DNA from: Ylistrum balloti
Lineage: Eukaryota
Direction of reading: 5' to 3'
NCBI RefSeq assembly: GCF_031769215.1
Contig: NW_026782608.1
Location: 248,001-312,000, forward strand
Length of the DNA: 64,000 nt
Positions 1-14,929 of the stretch are shown in pieces; the stretch's first letter is position 1; every line of letters starts with the position of its first letter. The notes beneath the pieces are model-generated. The model did no database searches and was not told the origin of the DNA. It saw only the letters and a list, made by a program, of their open reading frames with translations. The position numbers and the translations under genes were made by a program.

Positions 1-129
1 TCCTCAGTTTTCATCTTTTATCTTTGTCATTATTGTGTATATCGTTTTGTTGACCACGTGGTTGTCCATACTAACAGATAGTACCATAGTACCTTCCCAT
101 GATCATTTTTTTCAGCAGGTGATTTTGAA

Positions 130-533
130 GGGTTTTTTAATAATGTTATATCCCCTGTGTCACAATCAATCCTTAGCTTCTCTCATTACATTTGAATAAT
201 TTCGCATTCTCCCTCCTCTAAAGCTCTCTTTATAATCCCATCCTCGACCGACAAGGGAACATTGGATTCTTTGATCCAATTTGTGTTTGCGGGGTCGTGT
301 TTGGTCCGTTTCAGGTTTTCTGGTATCAGGAATATTTGTTTACCCCGAATCGGTATACCCCTGCTAAGGGATGTGACACGATTATTGTTGTTTTCCGGAT
401 AAATTCTCATTACATTTCCCGTACGTTGAATACCACTCAGGTTCTCAGCGTTTATCACATTTCCTACACTCCGGTATACCTCTGTAGGATTTAACCATTG
501 TTTATTTTTGTATTTATTATTTACTCCAAACAT
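130..533 (-). mobile_element. Degenerate non-LTR retrotransposon (L1/Tx1-like) ORF1 fragment
   Basis: ORF 186-533 contains RIYPENNNNRVTSLSRGIPIRGKQIFL and NVPLSVEDGIIKRALEEGECEI, followed after a frameshift by EKLRIDCDTGD. This resembles RRM-type ORF1/gag-like proteins of invertebrate LINEs (recalled similarity, not searched). Confidence 0.45.
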
Positions 534-626
534 ATCTAATACTTGAGGTATAAAAAGGCTTTATGTTTTTGTACAATACTTTGGATTACATATCCGTACT
601 GTTTATGTTCTTGACTATTGTTTCAG

Positions 627-1780
627 CTATGAGCGATCCGGAGACCACCACAGTCGCTGTATTATGCTCCCAACGGAACGTCATAGTGGAAAAAGTTTCC
701 AAATTATTCGCCAAGTTTATCAAATCGAAATCGCAGGTTCTTACTATAGATGAATCTTGCTCCGAGTTCAAAACACAGGCGTACATACAAAAATGGCGAA
801 ATGGTCAACAAGCTTACATATTACTGATCTTATTATCAGATGAGCTACTGGACGGTGTGGACAAAATTAAACGAGGCTTGGATATTTCAAAAACATCCGG
901 TTTGAAACTCGATTTACCTTTATTAAATTTGTTAATGGAGATTGATCAGGTGACCTACGAGCATCTTCCTCCTGTCATGCTGGTGTGTGTGTATTCGGGT
1001 CTGTGTGCTCGGTTTCTAGAGTTGCTGCCAAATCTTGGACAATTGTACTCTGTCGTTGACGACTTTGACCAACACAAATGTCAGTTACGATCGACGGATC
1101 TAGAACAGTTATTTGTGTCATTGTGTAGTGGACATGTCAGTCCCCCAGTCACCTTGTCACACAGTTCTCTGATCGGATGTGTCCAGACTAGACTACTCCT
1201 GGCTGCCATACAAGAACTGTTACACACTAAAGGTAACCAATCTACGACACCGTACAGTAGGAGTAAACCAAACCAACCAGAGGCGATCGCAGTAGATTCT
1301 ACTACGTACCAATGTGCTTATCGAGCGCCAAGTGTCGGTAGACCGGCGTATGTATACAGAGATATCGTTCGACGTGGAACGTCTTGCTTTGACAACGGCT
1401 GCGTGCGTCATAACGCGTCCTCCCACCAAGGCGTTCAACCTTTAGATTCAAGACGTTCAACACAAACCTGTATCAGGGTCGGCGGTTACTCTGTTCACCC
1501 ACAAATCGCCCTCTGTGAATCAGTTTCAGGTCAGACAGACAGTGGATTTGATACCATGACGTCATCTGTTGGTATTGACGAAGCAGAGAGCGTTCCGTTT
1601 GTAGTTCGATCTAAGGTCGCGGCTAACACTGACCAGCGTATGAAAGAGCATACATCAGGACAGGAAGAACTGGCTCTGTTTATTTCCCCGGAGTCTGATG
1701 AAGAGTACGATGGTGTTTCTCTGTCTCAACGAATCGTGGAACTGAATGAGCGACATACAACCCAATGGAGCAAGCCGTGA
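627..1780 (+). CDS. Terminal coding exon of a SEFIR/TIR-like domain protein (IL-17 receptor-like or Act1/CIKS-like)
   Basis: 405-codon non-repetitive ORF (563-1780). Acceptor TTTCAG ends at 626, ATG at 629, AATAAA at 1836. The N-terminal ~165 aa (VAVLCS...FAKFIKSKSQVLTID...YILLILLSDELL...DLEQLFVSLCS) follow the SEFIR beta/alpha pattern; the C-terminal part is low-structure S/T-rich. Upstream exons are probably outside the window. Confidence 0.55.
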
Positions 1781-3648
1781 CCACTATCTCACTTCACAAT
1801 CACAATCTAGCAATTTCCTTATAAGAAAAACATCGAATAAATTGGTGTCTGAAAGACTGCAACTGTCATGACAATCTAACTTGAAAAGGACAAACCAACT
1901 ATAAGTTAAATCACTTTCGAAAGGGAACAGTTGACGATTTTATTTGCTGATATTGCCAAAATATCACTGACCTGCTGCCATGTTCTTTGATGATCATCCA
2001 TCTTCTGTTCAGCAGTATTTATGTTTTACATTTCATCAAACTTTATAGAATCACACGTTTTCAAAGGACAGAAGTGATCCCTACGGAATCAGACGCGGGT
2101 CAGCTAGGCGGAAGTGGTGAATTTTAACCTTCAAAAGACCACCACTGATGAAGGTCAGATGAATATTAACAAAATATAGCATTGAACCCAAGTACAAAAT
2201 CGAATTTTAATATTGTATGAAACATCATAGGTTGAGAGCTTGGTGGTACGTAGGGTACAAGAAGGCAACACTTATTTGACATTCTCCGCTATCACTAAAG
2301 GTTATATAAATGGAGTTTTGTTCTTACTGTTGTATCATTCAAGTCGAGACGAACCTGGCTAAAGGAGGGACAGGTCATGAGATTGGCCTTATTTACGGGA
2401 TATTTTTACTTGTCCCCTTAGCCGCATTACAGACTTTAATGGTAGGAAACATTCCAGGGAAAAGTGACCATATGGTGCATAAATTAACTAATAACGTTCC
2501 GTAATTCCAAAAGTGTTGACCGATACTGTTAACTAGTTGTCTGATTGGATGAAATCTTATCATTAATAATAATACTGGCGAGCGGATACTTTTAACTAGT
2601 TGTCTGATTGGATGAAATCTTATCATTAATAATCAAACTGGCGAGGGGATTGAAACCAATTTTGTCCACAAATATGAATGGTGATCATACTTTGTGTAAT
2701 TGACGTTTGAAATGAAGGCGTGATACTTAATATATTTTATTTTCATTCTACAACGTGAGTCATATCACTTGGAAGTTCGTCTTCAATTATAACATGGGAA
2801 AGATTTAGATCCATATGTATATATGAACTGATTGTTATGTATTTGGTAGTACTAGGTTTGATACCTGGATAAGCTCATGTCCTTGTCCATTTCTCCTGAC
2901 TCGCAGTTCAGACCTTGTACCAAGTTCATGTCCTTGTCCATTTCTCCTAACTCGCATTGAATTGGTCTAAACAAACGGTATCTGGGCCCGTCAACTTGTT
3001 TCCTTGTCATATAACGAAGAACGGGATACCCACGTTATAATCGTATCCTCAATTTCTGGGCATGATCTTTCTTAGGAGATTAATGTTTGGCAACACGATG
3101 ACATTTCGGGTGTTTTTGAGCCCTGGTTAACAGTAAGGTTGACATAAATTTGGTACACAGACATTGCTAACTAAGTTATTGAATTTGTAGCTACGACAAA
3201 TGTCATTAAGTATAATGGTGTAATTATATAAGTAAGGTCGACCTCTGTTATCTGTGGTTATTATCCAATTATTACGTTGTCAGATATGCCATACGCTTGT
3301 AAAGAGTGTTAATTTGTCATTTTGTGTACATGTCTTACAACGGAAGTTTGGTCCATCTGCCCGACTAGGGCTACAGTTACACAAACTTGAGACAAGGATA
3401 ACAATATTTTCGTATGTGTGGATTTTTTTGCATCGAATTGTAATCACCGTCTGCCTTCAGAATGCTCAATAGACTGTGCCTAACACCGTTCAACAATCAA
3501 CAGGATTACAGGAAGGTAGTTTTGATGTCAAAAATAATGTAAATGTGATTTTACTAATGTAGCGATTGTATAAATTAGTGTGTAGGGTACTGTAACATAG
3601 AAATCAACATTCTCTACACACATACGTAAGTGCTATATGATTTATATA

Positions 3649-3824
3649 CAGTCGAATCTCGTTATCTCGAACTCGTGTATCTCGAAATCACCATTCAATT
3701 CGAAATATTTCGTTTGTCCATGTCAAACTTTTTACTAAACTTTCGAAATCACTTAAATTGAATACTCGGATGATTCAGAGTTCCCCAGTTGTCCCGCCGA
3801 TTTCGAAATAACAAAGTTCGACTC
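3649..3824. mobile_element. Tc1/mariner-pogo type MITE
   Basis: Imperfect 23-bp terminal inverted repeats (CAGTCGAATCTCGTTATCTCGAA vs reverse complement GAGTCGAACTTTGTTATTTCGAA, 18/23), flanked by TA on both sides. Confidence 0.65.
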
Positions 3825-4234
3825 TATACAAAATAGAGTTTATTAACAAGTATAATATCTTTACAAATTATAATATATTTACAAGAAATTAAATTTTATA
3901 CAAACAAACGTACAGTCAGATTTATACACAAAATGAAATAATTATTAAACAAAACTAGTTTTGATATTAAAAAAAGATAATTAAACAATGATTAATAGTT
4001 ATCAAATAAAAATAAATAATAACTAAACAAAAATTAACAATAGTTAAAAAATAATCAATAATAATTTAAAAAATAATAAATAAACAATATAGATAAACAA
4101 ATAGAAATAATAATTAAACAAAACTGAATATTTTCAACTATTCGCAGTGTATTTCTACCAGTTCACACAATTAATCCGAAACAATTATATAAAGTAGATT
4201 TCAAACACACAAACAGAAAGAACAATGATGAGTA

Positions 4235-5510
4235 GTAAACACTCTTGATAAAGAATTATGGGAAGTAAACACTCTTGATAAAGAATTATGGGAAGTAAAC
4301 ACTCTTGATAAAGAACTATGGGAAGTAAACACTCTTGATAAAGAATTATGGGAAGTAAACACTCTTGATAAAGAACTATAGGAAGTAAACACTCTTGATA
4401 AAGAACTATGGGAAGTAAACACTCTTGATAAAGAACTATGGGAAGTAAACACTCTTGATAAAGAACTATGGGAAGTAAACACTCTTGATAAAGAATTATG
4501 CGAAGTAAACACTCTTGATAAAGAACTATGGGAAGTAAACACTCTTGATAAAGAACTATGGGAAGTAAACACTCTTGATAAAGAACTATGGGAAGTAAAC
4601 ACTCTTGATAAAGAATTATGGGAAGTAAACACTCTTGATAAAGAACTATGGGAAGTAAACACTCTTGATAAAGAACTATGGGAAGTAAACACTCTTGATA
4701 AAGAACTATGGGAAGTAAACACTCTTGATAAAGAACTATGGGAAGTAAACACTCTTGATAAAGAATTATGGGAAGTGAACACTCTTGATAAAGAATTATG
4801 GGAAGTAAACACTCTTGATAAAGAACTATGGGAAGTAAACACTCTTGATAAAGAACTATGGGAAGTAAACACTCTTGATAAAGAACTATGGGAAGTAAAC
4901 ACTCTTGATAAAGAACTATGGGAAGTAAACACTCTTGATAAAGAACTATGGGAAGTAAACACTCTTGATAAAGAACTATGGGAAGTAAACACTCTTGATA
5001 AAGAACTATTGGAAGTAAACACTCTTGATAAAGAAATATGGGAAGTAAACACTCTTTATAAATAACTATAGGAAGTAAACACTCTTGATAAAGAACTATG
5101 GGAAGTAAACACTCTTTATAAATAACTATAGGAAGTAAACACTCTTGATAAAGAACTATGGGAAGTAAACACACTTGATAAAGAACTATTGGAAGTAAAC
5201 AGTTTTGATGAAGAATTTTGGGAAGTAAACACTCTTGATAAAGAACTATGGGAAGTAAACAGTCTTTATAAATAACTATAGGAAGTAAACACTCTTGATA
5301 AAGAAATATGGGAAGTAAACACTCTTGATAAAGAATTACTGGAAGTAAACACTCTTGATAAAGAACTATGGGAAGTAAACAGTCTTTATAAATAACTATA
5401 GGAAGTAAACACTATAAACACTCTTGATAAAGAAATATGGGAAGTAAACACTCTTGATAAAGAACTATGGGAAGTAAATACTCTTGATAAAGATTTATTG
5501 AAAGTAAACA
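4235..5510. repeat. 30-bp minisatellite, ~42 copies
   Basis: Unit GGGAAGTAAACACTCTTGATAAAGAACTAT; explains ORFs 4185-5174, 4201-5052, 4775-5065. Confidence 0.97.
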
Positions 5511-7117
5511 TTAAAAATGAAAAAAAAAACATGAGAAATGAACTCTTTAGATAAATAACTGTGAGAAGCTGAGACTAAAATTAAATCACTGAGAAGTAAA
5601 CACTCTCACGCCTAGTCTTATTGATGACAATCACAAACAACACAATATGTATAAATTACAATGAAAAACGTCAAAATATAGTAATTAGAACAAAAAATTC
5701 AATATTAATCACAATTAAACATTGAACACTTCACTATAAAGTACAAACAGAGCTATACACAAGGAAACACCATGAGGAAGCAGCATCTGAATATTTGCTT
5801 TCTTCATAACGATGTATTATCTTATTTTTATTATCTGCAATTTTGCTCAAAACATGAAAAATGTTATTTTTACAATTATATTTTTACATTTTTACTAAGC
5901 GACCAGGACTTACCTGGATAAATGAATGGAAATATATCATTAGGTTAAATAATATTATTTGTTACCCGGTGAAATGACTGGATCCTGTATAGGTCATGAT
6001 GTTTCAGTAAGATAGCACTTTAGATACACCTATTAGAAGTTCATTTTTCTCCACCACTCAATGTTTCTGTTCTCGATATGAATTTCTTGTCTATAGATAT
6101 TAAAGCTTACAATATGTTACTTTTAATGGATTGGATACCAGTGTAGGTGTAGATATAAATTAATATTGTCACTAACCTTGACCTTGACTTACGTCTTCAC
6201 ACAATCTTCACCTCTGCATACTCTTTACTTATCATCTGTTCAGTAAGATAACACACGCGGAATTATTATTGTCTAGTGGACATAGTTCAATTTGAGTTTC
6301 TAAAGATATAAGCCTGACAATTTGACATTTTTTTCCTGTTAGAATTTGAACGGTTAGCTATGAACCTTGATTTGATCTTGATATATAAAAAAAAAAACTG
6401 GTCCATTTTGATATTTATGGTATTTTGCAGTGTCCTTTCCTTTCCGAACAAGTCCCCGCTTTCTATCATAACGATATTGTTATGATCTTATATTGCAAAC
6501 TTAGCATCATATCAGGTTGTTGTATAACGTCTACTGCTTTAAGGATAGGTTGTAAAGGTAGGTTTGATTTGTGTCACTTCTCCCACTCTCGCTACAAATA
6601 AGGTAGTTCATGTGACCTAGTTAGTCGTAGTTACCTACAAAATGAGTTTGATCTTGTTGGTACAAACTTATCCCTCCCGTGTTTTTTAACTGTGTGAATG
6701 TGCCACTTTCTAACCCCTCATAAATTCGTCCTTACACAATGCTTCGTTATCATAAAAGTATGGTAATAACACAGACTCGTCTCCTAACAATGGTTCGTGT
6801 TGTAGGTATGTCATTTTGGTAGTACATGCTTACAACTTGTCATATTATATCTAGAACAGTGTAAATATTCTTGTTTACAATCTCGTCCCCAATCAAATTG
6901 ACTTTTCTGCAGCATAAACCTTAATCCAAATCATGAAATCCCGACTACATCATAATCTATCTTGTTTTATATTCCAGTAACGTCAGCTTGTCTTTTATCA
7001 ACTATACATCAAAGTTATAATCATATTTATTTTAGTTTATGGCACGAAATCATCCCAAAAATTATTTTTCATAGAAATGTTACTTGTTTAGTGTTTACAC
7101 TTATTGAAATGTCAGTG

Positions 7118-7575
7118 GTTAATCGTCCCTAACCAGTCTCATAAGTTAATCGTCCCTAACCAGTCTCATAAGTTAATCGTCCCTAACCAGTCTCATAAGT
7201 TAATCGTCCCTAACCAGTCTCATAAGTTAATCGTCCCTAACCAGTCTCATAAGTTAATCGTCCCTAACCAATCTCATTAGTTAATCGTCCCTAACCAGTC
7301 TCATTAGTTAATCGTCCCTAACCAGTCTCATTAGTTAATCGTCCCTAACCAGTCTCATTAGTTAATCGTCCCTATCCAGCCTCATTGGTTAATCGTCCCT
7401 ATCCAGCCTTATTAGTTAATCGTCCCTAACCAGTCTCATTAGTTAATCGTCCCTAACCAGTCTCATTAGTTAATCGTCCCTAACCAATCTCATAAGTTAA
7501 TCGTCCCTATCCAGCCTCATAAGTTAATCGTCCCTTACCAGTCTCATTAGTTAATCGTCCCTAACCGTCCCTAAC
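7118..7575. repeat. 27-bp minisatellite, ~17 copies
   Basis: Unit GTTAATCGTCCCTAACCAGTCTCATAA; each unit carries CCCTAA. Confidence 0.95.
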
Positions 7576-7929
7576 CAACCTACCAGTTTCGTTAATGTGA
7601 TATATTAAGGATAGACTGTCCCTTACAAACCCCTCTTTAGTCATGGAATACGTACATATGACATGTAACAATTGAACAGATTTATTTCATAAACTGTGTA
7701 ATAATATGTAAATACCTAACGAGGTACACACAGTACCGACTCGTCTTACGGACAGTTACATTATTTCATTCCAAAGTGGACCTGTGCTAGAGAAGCATGT
7801 GACAACTTTATGGTACATGTAATTTTAACTACCATTGCGTGAAATTGTTTTAATTAGTACAATGTACATTTGTATGATGAAACTGGGATTTCTTTACTAC
7901 ATCCTACAAATTATTAGCCCATCATATCA

Positions 7930-8350
7930 ATTCGCCCTTCGTCCGTCGCCTTTCCATCCTAAAGCGTGTTATCGTTTTACTGAAGAGACACTGGATGGAC
8001 CATTCTCCTTATGTAGGGTTTGTCTTGGTTTCTAGTTGTGTATAGTCAATCTTTGGTTCCCTTTGGTCCTTTGATTTGCATTGTCGCATCTTTTCTAAGA
8101 ACCAAAATCCAAAATGACCGAGAGGCGGCCATCTTTGATTTTGACAATAAAAGTTTGTCCTCTCCATTTCCTGGATTTGATGTTTCTTTATCTAATTCCA
8201 TGTCAATATTCTCCTTGGTCCTTTATTGTGTGCTTTTGGCTTTTGAGAATGGCTGACAGGTGGCTATCTTCGTTTTTAACAGTGAAATGGATGTGTGTTA
8301 TCACTGTTTTTAAAGAAGGACTGGATGGATCTCTCAAATTTTACAATCAG
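7930..8350. mobile_element. Possible non-autonomous DNA-element remnant
   Basis: Shares motifs (CGTCC repeats, GGCGGCCATCTTTGATTTTGAC) with 14930-15960 (GGCGGTCATCTTGGATTTTGAC); no coding capacity. Boundaries approximate. Confidence 0.3.
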
Positions 8351-9169
8351 ATTTCTTTGCTTCATTGTTGTGCCTCTTTGATTAAGTTCAGAAAAAAAAC
8401 ACAATGACTGACACATCATCATCTTTTATTTGTCAGTAAAACATTTAACAGGAATTTTTCAAATTTCACTGCGGCAAAAACATAGGAGAGAAGAGAAAAA
8501 AGGTTTGCACTTTTAAATAACAGATGAAACGATGCTTGGGCCAAGATCGCTGTAGGATCTCTTGCTATCGGATGTACTTTATTCTTGACATGACTTTTGT
8601 TTGTCGTGAGACTTTCCTTATACTTCGTGTTTGATATTAAGAATTCAATGGGCATTTTGATTATTTTTAATGTATTTTACTTTTATTTGTGTCTTTGATG
8701 AATGTTTTCTCTCACTGTTCTAGTAATATCTATATATTAAGACGTTCCAGGCGTAAAGTGTTCTGTGATCGCCAGAACATTGGGCATTGTAATTTGGCAT
8801 TTGATACGTATTCGGAAATCTTGATCCTTGTAGTATTTTGTAGGGTTAACATGTAACACGTGTAGTTGTGTTTTGCAATATATACGAAATATACATCATA
8901 TACATATATGTCGATGAATCAATTATTTATGTAAGCATGTATACAGATTTGTAAATAACGGATGTGTAGCATTATATATAACAGAATCATGTAAATCATA
9001 GTCTGTTTGCTTGTTGAAGATTTGTGTGCTATTCTCTTCAATATTTTTTCATTTCATTTTTGCCTAGAGGTTTTAAAATCAAATGTAAGGCGTGGACCAA
9101 TGAAGTTACTGTATCAAACCTCAGACGTATTAGTCCAAGAAAAACACAATAAGATCGAAATCATGCTAA

Positions 9170-10803
9170 TAACAGTCACTAGACAGGACACAGTATGGAC
9201 TACACCACCAGCTATATCAGTAAATAGACTGGACATTACACAGTGTATACCACCAGCTATATCAGTCACTAGACAGGACATTACACATTATGGACTATAC
9301 CACCAGCTATATCAGTCACTAGACAGGACATTACACAGTGTATACCACCAGCTATATCAGTCACTAGACAGGACATTACACAGTATGGACTATACCACCA
9401 GCTATATCAGTCACTAGACAGGACATTACATAGTGTATACCACCAGCTATATCAGTCACTAGACAGGACATTACATAGTGTATACCACCAGCTATATCAG
9501 TCACTAGACAGGACATTACACAGTATGGACTACACCACCGGCTATATCAGTAAATAGACTGGACATTACACAGTGTATACCACCAGCTATATCAGTCACT
9601 AGACAGGACATTACACAGTATGGACTATACCACCAGCTATATCAGTCACTAGACAGGACATTACACAGTGTATACCACCAGCTATATCAGTCACTAGACA
9701 GGACATTACACAGTATATACCACCAGCTATATCAGTCACTAGACAGGACATTACACATTATGACTATACCACCAGCTATATCAGTCACTAGACAGGACAT
9801 TACACAGTATGGACTATACCACCAGCTATATCAGTCACTAGACAGGACATTACACAGTATGGACTACACCACCAGCTATATCAGTCATTAGACAGGACAT
9901 TACACAGTACTATACCACCAGCTATATCAGTCACTAGACAGGACATTACACATTATGGACTATACCACCAGCTATATCAGTCACTAGACAGGACATTACA
10001 CAGTGTATACCACCAGCTATATCAGTCACTAGACAGGACATTACACAGTGTATACCACCAGCTATATCAGTCACTAGACAGGACATTACACAGTATGGAC
10101 TATACCACCAGCTATATCAGTCACTAGACAGGACATTACACATTATGGACTATACCACCAGCTATATCAGTCACTAGACAGGACATTACACAGTGTATAC
10201 CACCAGCTATATCAGTCACTAGACAGGACATTACACAGTGTATACCACCAGCTATATCAGTCACTAGACAGGACATTACACATTATGGACTATACCACCA
10301 GCTATATCAGTCACTAGACAGGACATTACAAGGTGTATAACACCAGCTATATCAGTCACTAGACAGGACATTACATAGTATGGATTACACCACCAGCTAT
10401 ATCAGTCACTAGACAGGACATTACACAGTATGGACTATACCACCAGCTATATCAGTCACTAGACAGGACATTACACAGTATGGACTATACCACCAGCTAT
10501 ATCAGTCACTAGACAGGACATTACACATTATGGACTATACCACCAGCTATATCAGTCACTAGACAGGACATTACACATTATGGACTATACCACCAGCTAT
10601 ATCAGTCACTAGACAGGACATTACACAGTGTATACCACCAGCTATATCAGTCACTAGACAGGACATTACATACCACCAGCTATATCAGTCACTAGACAGG
10701 ACATTACATAGTGTATACCACCAGCTATATCAGTCACTAGACAGGACATTACACAGTATGGACTATACCACCAGCTATATCAGTCACTAGACAGGACATT
10801 ACA
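9170..10803. repeat. 45/50-bp two-variant minisatellite, ~35 copies
   Basis: Core TACCACCAGCTATATCAGTCACTAGACAGGACATTACACAG followed by TGTA or TATGGACTA. Confidence 0.96.
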
Positions 10804-11024
10804 GAATGTGACTGTTTTGAGATTGGTAATGACTGTCCTGTTTGTGCCAGGTATCATCTGTTGTACTGATAAAGAGAAGTAATGTGTCAGGTTACACCAA
10901 AGGAAGTCTGTAATTGTATGTTTTCACGTGGCCTATGAAATACAACGACTGTTAGTTTGGGTTAAATATTTACATTTTGTGTGAAGTAAAGTTGACTATA
11001 TATCTGGCAGAGGGAAGGGGGAAA

Positions 11025-13445
11025 ATATAACACAGACAACAGTGGTAGGATATAACACAGACAACAGTGGTAGGATATAACACAGACAACAGTGGTAGGA
11101 TATAACACAGACAACAGTGGTAGCATATAATACAGACAACAGTGGTAGGATATAACACAGACAACAGTGGTAGGATATAACCCAGACAACAGTGGTAGGA
11201 TATAACACAGACAACAGTGGTAGCATATAACACAGACAACAGTGGTAGCATATAACACAGACAACAGTCGTAGGATATAACACAGACAACAGTGGTAGGA
11301 TATAATACACAGACAACAGTGGTAGGATATAACACAGACAACAGTGGTAGGATATAACACATAGACAACAATGGTATGAAATAACACATAGACAACAGTG
11401 GTAGGATATAACACAGACAACAGTCGTAGGATATAACACAGACAACAGTGGTAGGATATAATACACAGACAACAGTGGTAGGATATAACACAGACAACAG
11501 TGGTAGGATATAACACATAGACAACAATGGTATGATATAACACATAGACAACAATGGTATGAAATAAAACATAGACAACAGTGGTAGGATACAACACATA
11601 GACAACAGTGGTAGGATATAACACATAGACATCAGTGGTAGGATATAATACAAACAACATTGGTAGGATATAACACATAGACAACAGTGGTAGGATATAA
11701 CACAGACAACATTGGTAGTATATAACACACAGACAACAGTGGTAGTATATAACACAGACAACAGTGTTAGGATTTAAAACACAGACAACAGTGGTAGGAT
11801 ATAACAGACAACAGTGGTAGGATATAATACATAGACAACAGTGGTAGGATATAACACATAGACAACAATGGTAGGATATAACACATAGACAACAGTGGTA
11901 GGATATAACACATAGACATCAGTGGTAGGATATAATACAAACAACATTGGTAGGATATAACACATAGACAACAGTGGTAGGATATAACACAGACAACATT
12001 GGTAGTATATAACACACAGACAACAGTGGTAGGATATAACACAGACAACAGTGGTAGGATATAAAACAGACAACAGTGGTAGGATATAATACATAGACAA
12101 CAGTGGTAGGATATAACACATAGACAACAATGGTAGGATATAACACATAGACAACAGTGGTAGGATATAACACATAGACAACAATGGTAGGATATAACAC
12201 AGACAACAGTGGTAGGATATAACACAGACAACAGTGGTAGCATATAACACAGACAACAGTGGTAGGATATAACACAGACAACAGTGGTAGGATATAACGC
12301 AGACAGCAGTGTTAGGATTTAAAACACAGACAACAGTGGTAGGTTATAACATATACAACAGTGGTAAGATATAACATATACAACAGTGTTAGGATATAAC
12401 ATAGACAATAGTGGTAGGATATAACACACAGACAACAGTGGTAGGATATACCACAGACAACAGTGTTAAGATATAACACACAGACAACAGTGGTAGGATA
12501 TAACACAGAAAACAGTGGTAGGATATAACACAGACAAAAGTGGTAGGATATAACACAGACAACAGTGGTAGGATATAACACAGACAGCAGTGTTAGGATT
12601 TAAAACACAGACAACAGTGGTAGGATATAACACAGACTACAGGGGTAGGATATAACACAGACAACAATGGTAGGATATAACAAATATACAACAGTGGTAG
12701 AATATAACACATAGACAACAGTGGTAGGATATCACACAGACAACAGTGGTAGGATACAACACATAGACAATAGTGGTAGGATACAACACATAGACAACAG
12801 TGGTAGGATATAACACAGAAAACAGTGGTAGGATATAACACATAGACAACAGTGATAGGATACAACACATAGACAACAGTGGTAGGATATAACACATAGA
12901 CATCAGTGGTAGGATATAATACAAACAACATTGGTAGGATATAACACATAGACAACAGTGGTAGGATATAACACAGACAACAGTGGTAGGATATAACAGA
13001 CAACAGTGGTAGGATATAACACATAGACAACAGTGGTAGGATAGAACACAGACAACAGTGGTAGGATATAACACATAGACAACAGTGGTAGTATATAACA
13101 CATAGACAACAGTGGTAGGATATAACCCAGACAACAGTGGTAGGATATAACACAGACAACAGTGGTAGGATATAACACATAGACAACAGTGGTAGGATAT
13201 AACACATAGACAACAGTGGTAGGATATAAAACTGACAACAGTGGTAGGATATAACATAGACAACAGTGGTATGATATACCACAGACAACAGTGGTAGGAT
13301 ATAACATAGACAACAGTGGTAGGATATACCACAGACAACAGTGGTAGGATATAACATAGACAACAGTGGTAGGATATAACACACAGAAAATAGTGGTAGG
13401 ATATAACACATACAACAGTGGTAAGATTGACAATAGTGGTAGGAC
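11025..13445. repeat. 25/27-bp minisatellite, ~90 copies
   Basis: Unit ACAGACAACAGTGGTAGGATATAAC(AC); source of the many Cys/Tyr/Val-rich minus-strand ORFs 10962-13494. Confidence 0.97.
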
Positions 13446-13920
13446 ATAACGGGATAATGCACAGATGGGGTAGTGACATAGTACACGAAGACAATATAGG
13501 AAGGCTATATTATGTAAGTGATGGTAGTAGCGTAGTTATCAGATTTTAGATATACCAGACACCTATTTTACCAGAGGTGCGTTACATGACATAATGAGTT
13601 CAGTAAATGTGTATTTTAAGCCAGAATTTTGGTGATGCAGGACGTGCCTTAGCAAGCTAACGATATTAATTACTTCAACATAAACGGTTATCTACAATGA
13701 ATGCTGATGTTAATTGTTAATTTTTGTTGTGTAAAATATCTATATATGTATTGTTGTTTTAAATGTGAATAAAACAGGCAAAAGCAAAACCTTAAGTGTT
13801 TGTGATCTTATAAGAGAGCCACAATTCTCATTGTGTGTCCTTGTTAACAACCGTTAGTTTATTGATGGTACCCGGGCTGAAAACACGCAGTTCATGGACG
13901 GCGCAAGGGTTGACTACCCA

Positions 13921-14325
13921 AAGTTTATTGAAGGTACCGATTTAAACGTGCCCGCTCTGCAGTCAGATCTTACGAGACGGTGTCTGATGGTTGGCATCCT
14001 ACAGTTCATTGAAGGTACCGATTTAAACGTGCCCGCTCTGCAGTCAGATCTTACGAGACGGTGTCTGATGGTTGGCATCCTACAGTTCATTGAAGGTACC
14101 GATTTAAACGTGCCCGCTCTGCAGTCAGATCTTACGAGACGGTGTCTGATGGTTGGCAGCCTACAGTTTATTGAAGGTACCGATTTAAACGTGCCCGGTC
14201 GGCAGTCCGGTCTTACGAGACGGTGTCTGATGGTTGGCAGCACAAAGTTTATTGAAGGTACCGATCTAAACGTGTCCAGTCGGCAGTCAGATCTTATGAG
14301 ACGGTGTCCGATGGTTGGCTACACT
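13921..14325. repeat. 81-bp tandem repeat, ~5 copies
   Basis: GAAGGTACCG recurs at 13930, 14011 etc.; ORF 13894-14385 is the translated repeat. Confidence 0.92.
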
Positions 14326-14929
14326 TTAATCTCGACCAGACATGTCATGCCTGAAGTGTTACCTATTTGTAGGTACCATAATTAACTACATACTTCTCAC
14401 ACACTCCGACGCCATTTTCACCTGAAAGTACTTTAAAAATCTTCCAGTATATTGAGGACTATTTTGTGTGAAATGTTTAACTGCTCACTAAAATCCGTTT
14501 GTCATGATTTTTCGAGATATCACAGTTTACAATAGAATGTTTTCGTGAGACGTTGAAAAATCCTACATGTCTATTTAAACTACTGCCGGGAAATGCGGAT
14601 CTAGTTTGGAAAACCCTATGACCAACGGACAATACTTGTAGATGAAACACACGTTAGAATCAGCACAAATTTTCCATTAAAAAGTACAGATACCTTACAC
14701 TGATATGAACTATGTAATATGTCACGTAGAAAATTAAGGTTAACATGGCAATAATCACGTGATATTGCCAATCATAAGCCAGAGTAGACTTACTATTAAC
14801 GCCTGGCTATACAGACAGCTGATAATATTTACATAATAAAGTACAGAAGCATTAAGTACCATGTACATAGATAAGTGTTAAATATTATCGAACGCAAATT
14901 GTATGTTTAACAACATCAGATTTGGGACA

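Noticed and set aside
8419-8800. LINE endonuclease fragment on the minus strand (PNVLAITEH)
   Set aside because: A single weak motif with no other APE motifs in frame.
13860-14390. MITE with TIRs enclosing the 81-bp repeat
   Set aside because: Only an 8-bp inverted match (ATGGTACC/GGTACCAT) and no clear target-site duplication.
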